Below are positions 1-12,999 of a stretch of 64,000 nt of DNA, in pieces. Both the position numbers and the translations under genes were made by a program. Under the pieces are notes generated by a model. The model did not search any database, was not told the DNA's origin, and saw only the letters and a list, made by a program, of their open reading frames with translations. Source of the stretch: the human T2T-CHM13v2.0 reference genome, Homo sapiens; the NCBI RefSeq assembly GCF_009914755.1, contig NC_060946.1. One strand, written 5' to 3'. Position 1 is the first letter of the stretch. Each line of letters begins with the position of its first letter.

Positions 1-3000
1 CTATCACAAGGTGAGTATCAAGAAGATGTTTCTTAACCATTGGTGAAAGTTCTGCCTCCTACCACCCACACCCCTCACTGTTTCCAGGCAGAAGCCTGAG
101 GAAGAGGCAGAGCCACTAGGAAAACCTCTAATAGGGCAGAGCAGAAAAAGTATATGGGCTTGGAGGCCCCACACAGGAGGTTACCATCCTCAGACCCCAG
201 ATTCATAGACTCACCAACAGCTTGCACTCTCAGTATGGAAAAGCTACAGGCACTCAACAACAGCCCAGCCTATGAGGGCAGCCATGGGGGCTACACCCTG
301 CAAAGCCATAGGTGCACTGCCCTGGTGGAGGTTTTCCTTGAGGCTTTGCCTCTGCAGCAGGCTACTCCCCCTTACTACTGCCCACGAACCTCTCACTACC
401 CTACTGCCAGCCTACTCCTCCTCATCCTACCCATTTGTTTTCCCTTCCACCCCTACCAACCTCCCGTTTGTGATTAAATCACCTCCCACCAGGCCCAACC
501 TACAACTGTCAGGAATACAATTCCCCATGAGTTTTTGTAGGGAAACACAGCCAAACCATACTATCCTGACCCTGACACCCCCACATCTCATGTCCTTCTC
601 ACACAGAAAAATACAAACATGCCTTTTCAAAAGTTTCAAAAAGTCTTAACTCATTCCAGCAGTAACTCAAATGTAGTAAGTTCAAGTCTCATCCAAGACA
701 AGGCTGCAATCCCTTCTGCCTATGAGTCCCTGAATGTAAAAGACAATTCTTTTCTTTCAAGTTACAATGATGGCACAGGCACTGGGTAGGCTTTCTTAAA
801 CCAAAGGGAAGGTTTTCCCAGAAAAATAACACAAATGGGACACAGGCCCAATCTGACTCCAAAACCCAGCAGGACAGCATTCATTTATCACGAGAACTCA
901 CTATCACACAGACTGCATTAAGGAGATAGTATTTAACCATTTGTGAAGGATCTGCCACCTATCCCCATGTTTCACCCTCACCCACACCATGAACCTCCAT
1001 TCTCCCACATCCCCCTTCCAACCCCCATTCTCTACCATGATTAAATCACCTTCTACCAAGCCCCACACTTAACATTCCCTATTATAATTCCACGTGAGTT
1101 TTGGTAGGGACACAGAGCCAAATCGTATTATTCTCCCTTTGGCCCCCCAATCTCACATCCTTCTCATACTTCAAAATACAATGATGCATTCTCTACAGTC
1201 CCCCAGTGTCTGAACTCATTCCAGCATTTACTCAAATGTCCATTTGTGAAGGACCTACCCCCTACCCCTGCCTTTCACCCCCAACCCCACCACAATCGCC
1301 CCCAACCCTCCCCACCCCTTAATCCCCCCAACCCTCCCCACCCCCCAACCATCTAACCTCTACTCTTCACCATGATTGACTCACCTTCCACCAGCCCCCA
1401 CCTTTAGCATTTCCCATTAAAATTCTACATGAGTTTTGGTAGAGACACAGAGCCAAAACATATTATTCTGTCCCTGGTCCCCCAAAGTTCATGTCTTTCT
1501 CACATTGCAAAATGCAATGAGGCCTTCCCTAGAGTCCCCCAAATCTTAACTCATCCCAGTATTTACTCAAATGTCCAAAGGCCAAAGTCTCCTCTGAGAC
1601 AAGGCTGCCATATCTTCTGCCCTGAGCCTCTGAAATACAAAGCAAGTTAACCACTTCCAAGTTACAATGATTGTACAGGCATTGGGTAAGCATTCCAAGC
1701 CAAAAAGAAGAAATTTCCCAGAAAGAAGCACAAAACACAGATGGGACTTACAAACCCCCTGCAAGTCAAAAACCCAGCAGGCCAGGCATTCCATCATACA
1801 GCTCCAAATCATCTTTTTGGAATCTATGTCCACATCCAGAGCACAGCGTTTTGTGATGGCTGGGATCCCAAGGCCTTGGGCAGCTCTGCACATGTGGCAT
1901 TGCAGAATCTTCCCCCTACAGCTGACTTCATTGGCTAGGCTGGCGTTGAGTACCTGTAGCTTTTCAACACTAAGGGTGCAAGCAGCTGGTGGGTCTATGA
2001 AACTGAGGTCTGGAAAATGGTGCCTCCCTCTATGGGGACTCCAACCCTATACTTTCCTTGTGTACTACCTGAGTAGAGATTTACCATGAGGCTCTGCCTC
2101 TTGGAAAAGCTTCTGGCTAGACACTCAGGCTTTCTGATATATTCTTTGGAGTCCAGACGAAGGCTCTGAAGCTTCTAGTCCTGTGCTTTATGCACCTGCT
2201 GGCTTAACACTATGTAGAAGCCACCAAGGCTTGGAGCTTGCATCCTCTGAAGCAGTGATGCAAGCTGTACCTGTACATCTTTCATCCATGGCTGAAGCTG
2301 GAAAAGGAGCTGCAGGGATGCAGGCAGTAGTGTCCTGAGGCTGCACACAGCAGTGGAGCCATGGGGCTGAGCCAGGAAACTATTCTTTTCTCCTAAACCC
2401 CAGGGCCAGTGACAGCAAGGACTGCTACAAAGGTCTCTGAAATGCCTTCAAGGCCTTTTTCCCATTGTCTTGAATTATTAGCATTGGGCTCCTTTTTATG
2501 CAAATATCCTAAGCCTTCTTGATTTTCCCCCTGAAAATCAGCTTTTCTTTTTGACCACTTGTCCAGATTACAAATTTTCCAAATGTTGAAGCTCTGTTTC
2601 TCATTTAAATATAAGTTCCAACTTATGGTCATTTCTTTCACCACACATAGGAGCACAGGCTGTTCGATGTAGGCAGTACAACTCTTGAACTTTGCTGCTT
2701 AGAAGTTCATTCCACCAAATACACCCTAAATTATCACCCTCGAGTTCAGTTTCACAGATCTCCCGGGAAGGGTCACTGTGTAGCCAATTACTTTGCTAAG
2801 TCAAAACAAAAAAACCTTGGCTCCTTTTCCCAGTAAGTTCCTCATTTTCATCTGAGACCTTACAAGGCTGGTCTTCACTGTCCATCCTTCTGTCAGCTTT
2901 TTACTCACAACTATTTAATAAGTCTCTGCAATGGTCCAAACTTTCCCTCATCTTCCTGTCTTCTTCCAAGCTCTCCAAACTCTCTAACCTCTGGCCACTA

Positions 3001-6000
3001 CCCAATTTGGAACCTGCGTCTACACTGTCAGCTATCTTTGCTGCAGCCTGGCAATGTGGTAAAAGAAGAAAAGTCCATTATCAGGCGGAAACATCAAGAT
3101 GGCCTCCAATATTTGCACTGAAAAAAGCTCAGTGCTAATAGCCAAGAGAATGGGGGAAATTCCTCGAAGTCATTTCATAACTTCACTTCACAGCATTAAT
3201 TTTCTGTATCTACATAAAGAAAAGAGGTCTAATTGACTCACAGTTCTTCAGGCTGTAAAGAAAGCATAGTGGTTTCTGCTTGTAGGGGGACTCAGGAAGC
3301 CTCCCAATTATACCAGAAGGCCAAGCAGCAATGAAATGTTTCATATGGCAGGAGTAGAAGCAAGACAGAGAGAGGAAAGAAGTGCAATATCCAGTTATAC
3401 CACTAGATCTCATGAGAGCTCACTATCAGAAGATCAGCATCAAGATGGTGCTTAACTGTTGGTGAAGGATCCGCCCACCACCCCATATCCACTACCCACT
3501 GTTTCCAAGCAAAAGCCTGAGGCAGAGACAGATCCGCCTGGAAAACCTCTACTAGGGCAGTGCAAAAGGAAAATATGGGCTTGGAGCCCCCACGCCACCA
3601 TCCTCCAGCCCAAGAGTCATGGACCTACCAACAGCTCACACCCCCAGTATGGAAAAGCTTCAGGCACTCAACAGCAGCCCAGCCCATGAGAGCAGCTGCA
3701 GGTGCTAAACCCTGCAAAGCCACAGGTGCACTGCCTTAGTAGAGGTTTTCCATGAGCCTCTGCCTCTGTGGCAGGCTACTCCCCTCCTGCTACACACCAC
3801 CCTACAGCCAGCCTACGCCTCCCCACCTTACCCACCTGTTTTTACTTCCAACCCCACCCCTCTCCCATCCATGAATAAGTCACTTCCCACCAGGCCCCAC
3901 CTGCAACATTCAGGATTACAATTACATGTGAGTTTAGGTAGGGACACGCAGCTAAATCACACTATTCTGACCCTGATCCCCCAAATATCATATCCTTCTC
4001 ACAGAGTAAAATACAATCATGCCTTTTCAAAAGTTGCCAAAAGTCTTAAGTCATTTCAGCATTAACTCGAATGTAAAAAGTTCCACGTCTCACCTGAGAA
4101 AAGGCTACAGTCCCTTTTGCCTATAAGTCCCTGAATTTAAAAGTGAGTTCTTTTCTTTCAAGGTACAATGATGGTACAGGCATTGGGTAAGTTTTCTCAA
4201 TCCAAAGGGTAGAAGTTTGCCAGGAAAATAACACAAATGTGATCACAGGGCCAACGCAAGTCCAAAACCCAGGAGGCCAGTATCCATTCAATCTCACAGC
4301 TCCAAAACCGTCACGAGAACTCACCATCATGAGGAAAGGATTAAGGAGATGGTGTTTAACTACTTGTGAGGGATCATCCCCCCACCCCCACTTTTCACCC
4401 CTCACCCCCAGCATAATCCACCCATCATCCCCAATCTCCACCTTCCAACACCCAGTGCCCTCCATGATTAAATCACCTTCCACGTGGCCCCAATTTTAAC
4501 ATTTCTGATTACAATTCCACATGAGTTTCCATAGGGACACACAGCCGAATCTTATTCTTCTGTCCCTGCCTCCCCAAATCTCATGTCCTTCTCACTTTGC
4601 AAAATACAGTGATGCCTTACTTACCATTCCCCAAGCCACTATGTTTTTTTTTTTATAGCCTGTGGAACGATGAGCCAATTAAACCCCTTTTTGTTATGAT
4701 CATACAGAAAATTAGTACTGTGAAGTGAAGCTATGAAACGCCTTTAATGACTTTTCCCCATCGTCTTGGCTAAAACCCCCAACGTCTTAACTCATTCCAG
4801 CATTTACTTAAATGTCTGAAGCCCAAAGTGTCATCTGAGACAAAGATGCTGTCCCTTCTGCTCCTGAGCCTCTGAAATACAAAGCAAGTTAACTACTTCC
4901 AAGGTATGATTGTCCAGGCATTGAGTAAGAATTCCCACCCTAAAGGAAGATTTTTGCCAGAGAAGCAATGAAACACAAATGGGACTTACAGGTCCCATGA
5001 AAATCCAAAACCCAGCAGGCCAGTTATTAAAACCTACAGCTCCAAAGTCATCCTTTTTTAATCCTTGCCCCACATCCAGGGCACAAGGGCATGAGGGCTG
5101 GGCTCCCAAGGCCTTGGGCAGGTCTGCACCTGTGGCTTTGCAGTTTTCAGTCCCCACAGCTGCCCTCATGGGCTGTGCTGGTGTTGAGTGCCTGTAGTTT
5201 TCACCCACAGAGGGTACAAAGCTCTTGGTGGGTCTATGAGTCTGGGGTCTGCATGATGGTGGCCTCCGGTGTGGGGGCTCCAACCCCATATTTTCCTTCT
5301 GCACTGCCCTAGTAGAGGTTTCCCAAGAGGCTCTGCTTTTTGGCAGCCTTCTGTCTGGACACCCAAGCATTTTCGTACATCTTCCAAAATCTATATGAGG
5401 GCTCCAAAGCCTCTGGGCTAGTGCTCTATGGACTCGCTGGCTTAACACTATGTGGAAGCCATGAAGCCTTATAGCTTGTACCCTCTGAAGCAGTGATGCA
5501 ATCTGTAGCTGTGTATCTTTCAGCCAAGGTCGGAGCAGGAGCTGGGCTTCTGGGATGCAGGCAGCAGTGTCCTGAGGCTGCACACAGCAGCAGGGCCATG
5601 GGGCTGGCCCCGGAAACCATTCTTCTCTCCTAGGCCCCAGGGTCTGTGACAGTAAATGCTGCTGTAAACATCTCTGAAATGCCTCCAAGGCTTTTTCCCC
5701 CATTGTCTTGGCTATTAGCACTGGCCTCCATTTTCTGCAAATTTCTGGAGCCTTCATGAATTTTCCCCCGAAAATCAGCTTTTCTTTTTGACCACTTGGC
5801 CAGGCTGCAAATGTTCCAAACTTTTGAGCTCTGCTTGTCATTTTTAAATGTAAGTTCCAACTTGAGGTCATTTCCTCAGTCACACATAACCTCGGTCACA
5901 CAAGAGCACAGGCTGTTTGATGCAGACAGGATCCCCCCTGTGCTATGCTGCCTAGAAGTTCATTCCACCAGATATGTACTAAATCATCACCCTCAAGTTC

Positions 6001-9000
6001 AAAGTTTCACAGATCTCGAGGGCAAGGTCGCCCTGCAGCCATGTTCTTTGCTATAGCAAAACAAAAGTAACCTTGGCTCCTGTTCCCAGTAATTTCCTCA
6101 TTTTCATCTGAGACCTTGTAAGCCTGGCCTTCACTGTCCATCCTTCTGCCAGCCTTTTAATCACAACTATTCAACAAGTGCCTACTATGGTCCAAAATTT
6201 CTTTCATCTTCCTGTCTTCTTTCAAGCTCTCCAAACTCTCCAACCTCTGGCTTTTACCCACTTCTGAACCTGCTTTACATTTTCAGCTATCTTTATTGCA
6301 GCCTGGCAATGTAGAAGAAAAAGAAGTCCATTTTCAGGGGGAAACTTCAAAAGGCTTCAGATATTTGCATTAAAAAGAAGTCCAGTGCTAATAGCCAAGA
6401 CGAGGGGGAAATGTCATTGCAGATATTTCATAGCTCCACTTCACAGTACTTTATTTTCTGTATGATCATAATGAAAAGGGGTTTAATTGGCTCATGGTTC
6501 TGCAGGCTGTAAAGAAAGCATAGTGGCTTCTGCTTCTGGGAGGACTCAGGAAGACTCCCAATCATACCAGTAGGAAAACAGCAATGAAATGTTTCATACG
6601 GCAGGAGTAAGAGCAAGGCTGAGAGAGGAAAGAGGTGCCACACCGTTATATAACCAGATCTCACGAGGACTCACTATCACTAGGTCAGCATCAAGAAGAT
6701 GGTGCTTAACCATTGGTGAAGGATCCGCCCCCCAACACAGCTCCACCTCCTAGTGTTCCAGACAGAAGTCTGCTGCAGAGGCAGAGGCTCTTGGGAATCC
6801 TGTACTATGGCAGTGCGGAAGGAAAATAAGGGCTTTGAGTGACTATGCAGGAGGCCACCATCCTCTAGACCCCAGATTCCTAGACCTACCAACAGTTCAC
6901 ACCCTCAGTATGGAAAAGTGATAGGCACTCAACACCAGCCCAGCCCATGAGAGAAGCCATGGGGGCTAAAGCCTGCAAAGCCACAGGCACACTGCCCTGC
7001 TAGAGGTTTCCATGAGCCTCTGCCTCTGCAGCAGTCTACTCCCCCTTCCTACTACCCACCACCCTCCCACCACCCTACAGCCAGCCTACTCTTCCCCACC
7101 CTACCCACCCCATTTTTTTCCACCCCTACCCCTCCCATCCATGATTAAATAATCTCCCACCAGGTCCTGCCTCCAACATTTGGCATTACAATTCCACATC
7201 AGTTTTTCCAGGGGCACACAGCCAAATCATACTATGCTGACCTTGACCCCCCAAACCTCATATCCTTCTCACAGAATAAAATACATTCATACCTTTTCAA
7301 AAGTTTCCAAAAGCCTTAACTCCTTCCTGCATTAACTCAAATGTAAAAAGTTCAAAGTCTCATCTGAGACAACGCTACAGTTTCTTCTGCCTATGATTCC
7401 CTGAAGCTAAAAGGGTGTTTGTTTCTTTCAAGGTACAATGATGGTACAGGTACTGGGTAAGCTTTCTCAATCCAAAGGAAAGAAATTTCCAAGAAAAATA
7501 ACACAAATGGGGCCACAGGCCCAATGGACATCCAAAATACAGTAGGTCAGTGTTCATTCAATCTCACAGCTCCAAACTCATGAAGAGAACTCACTATCAG
7601 AAGGACAGCATTAAGGAGATGGTGTTTAACCATTTGTGAAGGATCCACCCCCACCCCTGCCTTTCACCCCCAACCCCACCACAATCCCCTCCAACCCTCC
7701 CAACCCCCAATCCCCTCCAACCCTCCTCGCCCCCCAATCCCCCAACCCTCCCCGCCCCCCAACCATCCATCCTCCACTCTTCACCATGATGAAATCACCT
7801 TCTACCAGCCCCCACTTTTAACATTTCCCATTAATATTCCACATGAGCTTTGGTAGAGACAGAGAGCCAAAACATATTATTCTGTCCCTGGTCCCCCAAA
7901 GTTCATGTCTTTCTCACATTGCAAAATGCAATGATGCCTTCCCTAGAGTCTCTCAAATCTTAACTCATTCCAGCATTTACTCAAAGGCCCAAAGCCCAGA
8001 GTCTTATCTGAGACAAGTTTACAGTCCCTTCTGCCCATGAGTCACTGAATTATAAAGAAAATTTACTACTTCCAAGGTACAAGGATTGTATAGGCAATGG
8101 GTAAGCATTCCCAGCCAACAGAAAAAAATAATTCCTAGAAAGAAGCACAAAACACAGAAGGGACTCATAGGATACATAAATGTCCAAAACGCAGCAGGCC
8201 AGTCACTCAATGCTACATCTCCAAAATCATCATTTTTGAATCCTTGTCCCATATCCATGGCACAGGGCTGTGAGGGCTGAGCTCCCAAGGCCTTGGGCAG
8301 ATCTGCCCCTGTGGCTTTGCAGCGTTCAGCCTCCGTGGCTGTCTCTCATGGACAGGGCTGTTGTTGAGTGCCCATAGCTTTTCCACACCAGGGGTGCAAG
8401 CTGTTTGTGGGTCTATGAATCTGGGGTTTAGAGAGTGATGCCTCCCTGTGTGGGGGCTTCAACCTTATATGTCCCTTCTTTGCTCCCCTAGTAGAGGTTC
8501 CCCATAAGGCTCTGCCTCTTGGAAAAGCTTCTTCCTGAACATCCAGGATTTTCTGTACATCTTCTGGAGTTTAGACGGGAGCTCCCAAGCCTCTAGTCTC
8601 TTTCTCTGTGCACCTACTGGCTTAACCCTATATGGAAACCTTCAAGACTTTGAGCCACCTCTGAAGCAATGACCCGAGCTGTACCTGTATGTCTTTCAGC
8701 CATGGCTGGTGCTGGAGCTGCACAGATGCAGGCAGCAGTGTCCTGCGGCTGAACACAGCAGCAGGGCCATGGGACTGGAGTAGGAAACCATTCTTCTCTC
8801 CTAGGTCCCGGGGCCTGTGACAGCAAGGGCTGCTGCAGACTTCTCTAAAATACCTTCAAGGCCGGTTTCAAACTGTCTTGGCTATTTGCACTGGGTTCCT
8901 TTTTATGCAAATACCCTAAGCCTTCTTGAATTTTCCCCCTCAAAATCGGCTTTTCTTTTTGACCACTTGGCCAGGCTCCAAATTTTCCAAACTTTAGATC

Positions 9001-11782
9001 TCCACTTGAAGTTCCAACTTGAAGTCATTTCTTAGGTCACCCTTAAGAACACAGGCTGTTCAATGCGGACAGGTCACCTCTTGTGTTATGCTGCCTAGAT
9101 GTTCATTTCACCAAATACATCCTAAATCATCACCCCCAAGTTCCTAGTTTCACAGATCTCCAGGGCAGGGTCCCCGTGCAGCCAGCTTCTTTGCTAAGGC
9201 CAATCAAATGTAATCTTGGCTTCTATTAATAGGAAATTCCTCATTTTCATCTGAGACCTTTTAAGTCTGGACTTCAGTGTTTAACTTTTGTCAGCCTTCT
9301 GATCACAAGTATTTAACAATTCTCTATAGTGGTCCAATATTTTCCTCATCTTGCTGTCTTCTAAGCTTTCCCAATTCTTCTGACCTCTGTCTTTTACTCA
9401 CTCTGAACCTGGTTCTACATTGTCAGCTATCTTTATCAGAGCCTGGCAATGTGGTAAAACAGAAAAGTCCATTTTCGGGGGAAAATTCACGAAGGCTTCA
9501 GATATTTGCATGAAAAGAAGCTGAGTGCTGGTTGCCAAGACAAAGGGGAAAGGGCCTTGAAGGCATTTCATGGCTCCACTTCATAGCACTGATTTTCTGT
9601 ATGATCATAAAGAAAAGAGGTTTAATTGGCTCACTATACAGCAGGCTGTAAAGGAAGCATAGTGGCTTCTGCTTCTGGGAGGATCAGATCAGGAAGCCTC
9701 CCAATCATACCAGAAGGCCAAGGGGCAATGAGATATTTCAAATGGCAGGATTAGAAGCAAGACTGCGAGAGGAAAGAGTTACCACCCCCTGTTATATAAC
9801 CAGATCTCATGAGAACACACTATCATGAGGACAGCATCAAGAAGACGTTGCCTAACCATTGGTGAAGGATCTGCCTCCCACACCCACCTCCTACTGTTTC
9901 CACGCAGTAGCCTCCTGCAGACGAAGAGTTATTGGGAAACCTCTACTAGGGCAGTGCAGAAGGAAAATATGGACTTGGAGCCCCCATGCTACCACCCTCC
10001 AGACCCCAGATACATAGACCCACCAACAGCTTGCACCCTCCGTGTGGAAAAGCTACAGGCACTCAACACTAGTCCAGTCTATGAGAGCAGCCATGGGGGC
10101 TCAGACCTGCAAAGCCACAGGTGCAATTCCCCAGTAGGGATTTTCCATGAGGCTCTGCCTCTGCAGCAGGCTACTCCCCCTTCCTACTACCCACCACCTT
10201 CCCACCACCATACAGCCAGTCTACTCCCTCCCACCCTACCCACCCCTTTTTCCCTTCCACATCCACCCCCACCCATCCATGATTAAATCACTCCCTCCCA
10301 CTCCCTCTAGTACTCTAATCCCTCCAAGCCCTTCCAATCTTTGTTTGCTACCCACTATTGAGCCTGCTTCTACTTTTTTAGCTATCTGTATAGCAGGTTG
10401 GCTAGGTAGCAATAACAAAAATCCCATTTAAGGGGAAACATTCAAGAAGATTTCAGAAATTTGCATATAAAGAAGCCCTGTGCTAATAGCCAAGACAAAG
10501 GGAAAAAGGCCTTGAAGACATTTCACAGCTCCTCTCTGCACTTCTAATTTTCTGTATTATTGTAAATAAAAGACGTGTAATTGACTCATGTTTCTGCAAG
10601 CTGTGAAGGAATCATTGTGTCTTCTGTTTCTGGGAGGAATCAGGAAGACTCCTCGTTATATCAGAAAGCCAAGGGACAATGAGATGTCTCCTAAAGCAGG
10701 AGTAGGAGGAAGACAGAGTGAGGAAAGAGGTTCCACAGCCTGTTAAACAACCAGATCTCATGAGAAGTCACTCACTATCAGGAGGATAGCATCAAGGTGA
10801 TGGTCCTTTATCATTCGTGAAGTATCTACCTGCACCATTTTATGACTAAATCTTTTTCCACCTAGGCCCCGCCTCTAACATTACAAAATATAATTCCATA
10901 AGAGTTTTGGTAGGGACATAGAGAAAAACCGTATTATTCTGTCCCTGACCCCATGAATCTCATGTCCTTCTCACATTGCAAAATACAATCATGCCTTGCC
11001 AGCAGTCTCCCAAAGTGTTAACTCATTTCAGGATTAACTCAAAGTTACAAAGTCCAAATCTCATCTGGGTCAAGGCTGCAGTCTCTTTTGCCTATGAGTC
11101 TCTGAAAAAAGCAAGTTCACTGCTTCTAAGGTACAATGATGGTACAGGCATTGTGTAAGCTTTCCATATCCAAAATAAAGACATTTTCCAGAAAGCTTAT
11201 TTCTCTCTGAGACCTCCTCAGTCTGGTCTTCATTGTCCATGTTTCTGTCAGGATTTTTGTCACAACAATTGAGCCAGACTCTAAGATGGTCCAAAAGTTT
11301 TCTCATCTATCTGTCTTCTTTTGAGCCTTCCAAACTCTTCCAACCTCCATCCATTACCGGGTTCCAAAGCTGCTTCCACATTTCCAGGTATCTTTATAGC
11401 AGTGCTCCAGTCCTCATTTGCCATTTTCTGTATGATTTATTTTGAAAAATAGGTTTAATTGTCTCATGGTTCTAAGCACAGTGCTTCTGCTTCTAGGAGG
11501 CCTCAGAAATCTTTCAATAATCATGGAAGGCAAAGAAAGAATTAGTTGTCTCACATGGCAAGGGGAAAACACGGAGAGTAGGGAGGTGACATAGAGTTTT
11601 CAGTGACCAGACCTCATGAGAAGTCACTCATTATTGTGAGGACGGTACAAGGGGATGGTGCTGAACCATTCATGAGAAATTTGCCTTCATAATTCAATTA
11701 CCTTATGCCAGGATCCACCTTCCACATTAGGAAATATAATTCAACATGAGATTCGGAGGAGACACATATTCAAATTGCATCA
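1..11782 (-). repeat. Tandem array (macrosatellite) of rearranged MaLR MST-type LTR and internal fragments; ~3.3 units plus terminal LTR segments; continues off the left edge
   Basis: The marker 'ctatca..agcatcaagaagatggtgcttaaccattggtgaaggatc' recurs at 1, 3423, 6674 and 9820 (periods 3422, 3251, 3146). The + strand repeatedly shows reverse-complement MST/THE1 LTR starts ('atgagttttggtagggacacagagccaaa'). MaLR internal-ORF peptides (RAVQKENMGLEPPH, PCKATG) appear in the ORF track. Confidence 0.9.
11429..11782 (-). mobile_element. MST-type MaLR LTR ending the array
   Basis: The minus strand begins 'tgatgcaatttgaatatgtgtctcc..aatctcatgttgaattata' and ends '..taca'. The segment is ~350 bp with TG...CA termini. 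Confidence 0.75.
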
Positions 11783-12845
11783 TCAATCTTTGAATATAAA
11801 GACATCCACAGTAGGCTTTATCCAGCCAACTTCTTTGAGAATCTTTATAGGGTTTGAGGTCTAGATCATATACACTAAAATATTCATTCTTCAAAAAGCA
11901 ATAAAGTGGTATTATCATTTTTCCAAAAGTTACAGCAGTAGTTTAGGCATTCATAGCATGATTTAGTTCACATTTGCTACTGTTTCTATTCTATCACCAT
12001 ATTAACTGTTTCCTATACAATTCTCTATTCAGCTGGATTTCAGTTGAGCACAAAACCATCCTTGTACTAGCTCTTTGCTAGTGTTATTATTCTGCTGTAG
12101 AAAGTATCCTTGAACTGGAAACAGTCCACGATTGAGTATTGAGTCATTCAACACTATCAATTCCTCAGTGACTTTTTGAAAAAGTAGTATCTCTTGTTGC
12201 AAGAAATGCTGCACCTGTGAGTCCATGTCTCTCACTGGAATTGGATGGAAGTGGTGAATTTCAGCCAAAGTAGCCAAAGAAATCCTGTTCCTGTGATTCT
12301 GACATCATCAGCCTCTGCACCTCTGTATTCCCTTCTGCCACATGTTGCCTGCTCTCCGTGACTTTGGTAAGAGCTTCCTTGTGTATCTGGATGATGTCCA
12401 AGATGTTGGTCTTGTGTACCTGAGACAGCACTAACAGGCCCATGGCTGGGTCGGGGTCCTGCCTGGACTGATTGGCAAAGAGCTCACTGACAATGTGGAA
12501 GATGCTCTTTCTTAAAGCCTGTCACCACTCATTGGCTGTGAAGTTGACCTGAGAGCCCTGTTGTCCATCTTCTTGGTGAAGCACTTGAAGCCGTCAATCT
12601 TGCTCTCCCACTCCTAAAGGTTGAGTGTCACTCTGAGGGAGGGCTCAGGGCCAGGAAGAATCTGGCACTCACCATCTCATCCTTCTCAGCCTTCCTCTTG
12701 TCCTGTCTCCAGGCTGTCTCTTCAGTGCTGGGGGGGTACATCAGGAGGTGACAAAAAATGTGGCACTGTGCCTGCACCCAGATGCTGGTTGTGTGGTTCA
12801 TCTACCAGATTGGGCCCTTTCTGCACTTGAACATAGATCCACTTC
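11783..12845 (-). pseudogene. SNX18P: SNX18 (sorting nexin 18) processed pseudogene: end of PX domain, BAR domain and 3'UTR; frameshifted, with stops
   Basis: Minus-strand translation gives [64 protein letters not shown] and ATLAEIHHFHPIPVRDMDSQVQHFLQQEILLFQKVT, matching the SNX18 C-terminal half. The sequence is contiguous across the HVQKG/ALTKV exon junction. Confidence 0.9.
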
Positions 12846-12999
12846 ACCATAGATGCATTCCACACTGTCAGTGAGCTCTTTGCCAATCAGCCCAGGCAGG
12901 ACCTGGACCCAGTCATGGACCTGTTAGTGCTGTCTCAGGGACACCAGGCCAACATTCTGGACATCATCCACATACACAAGGAAGCTCTTACCAGAGTCA
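12843..12999 (+). pseudogene. SNX18P: Inverted second fragment of the SNX18 BAR-coding sequence
   Basis: The + strand reads ..[44 protein letters not shown]. It is the reverse complement of ~12358-12505. Confidence 0.85.

Noticed and set aside
4831-5883. 350-aa ORF as a novel gene
   Set aside because: It is MaLR internal-ORF sequence drifting in and out of the ancestral frame. The equivalent region is broken in the other array units.
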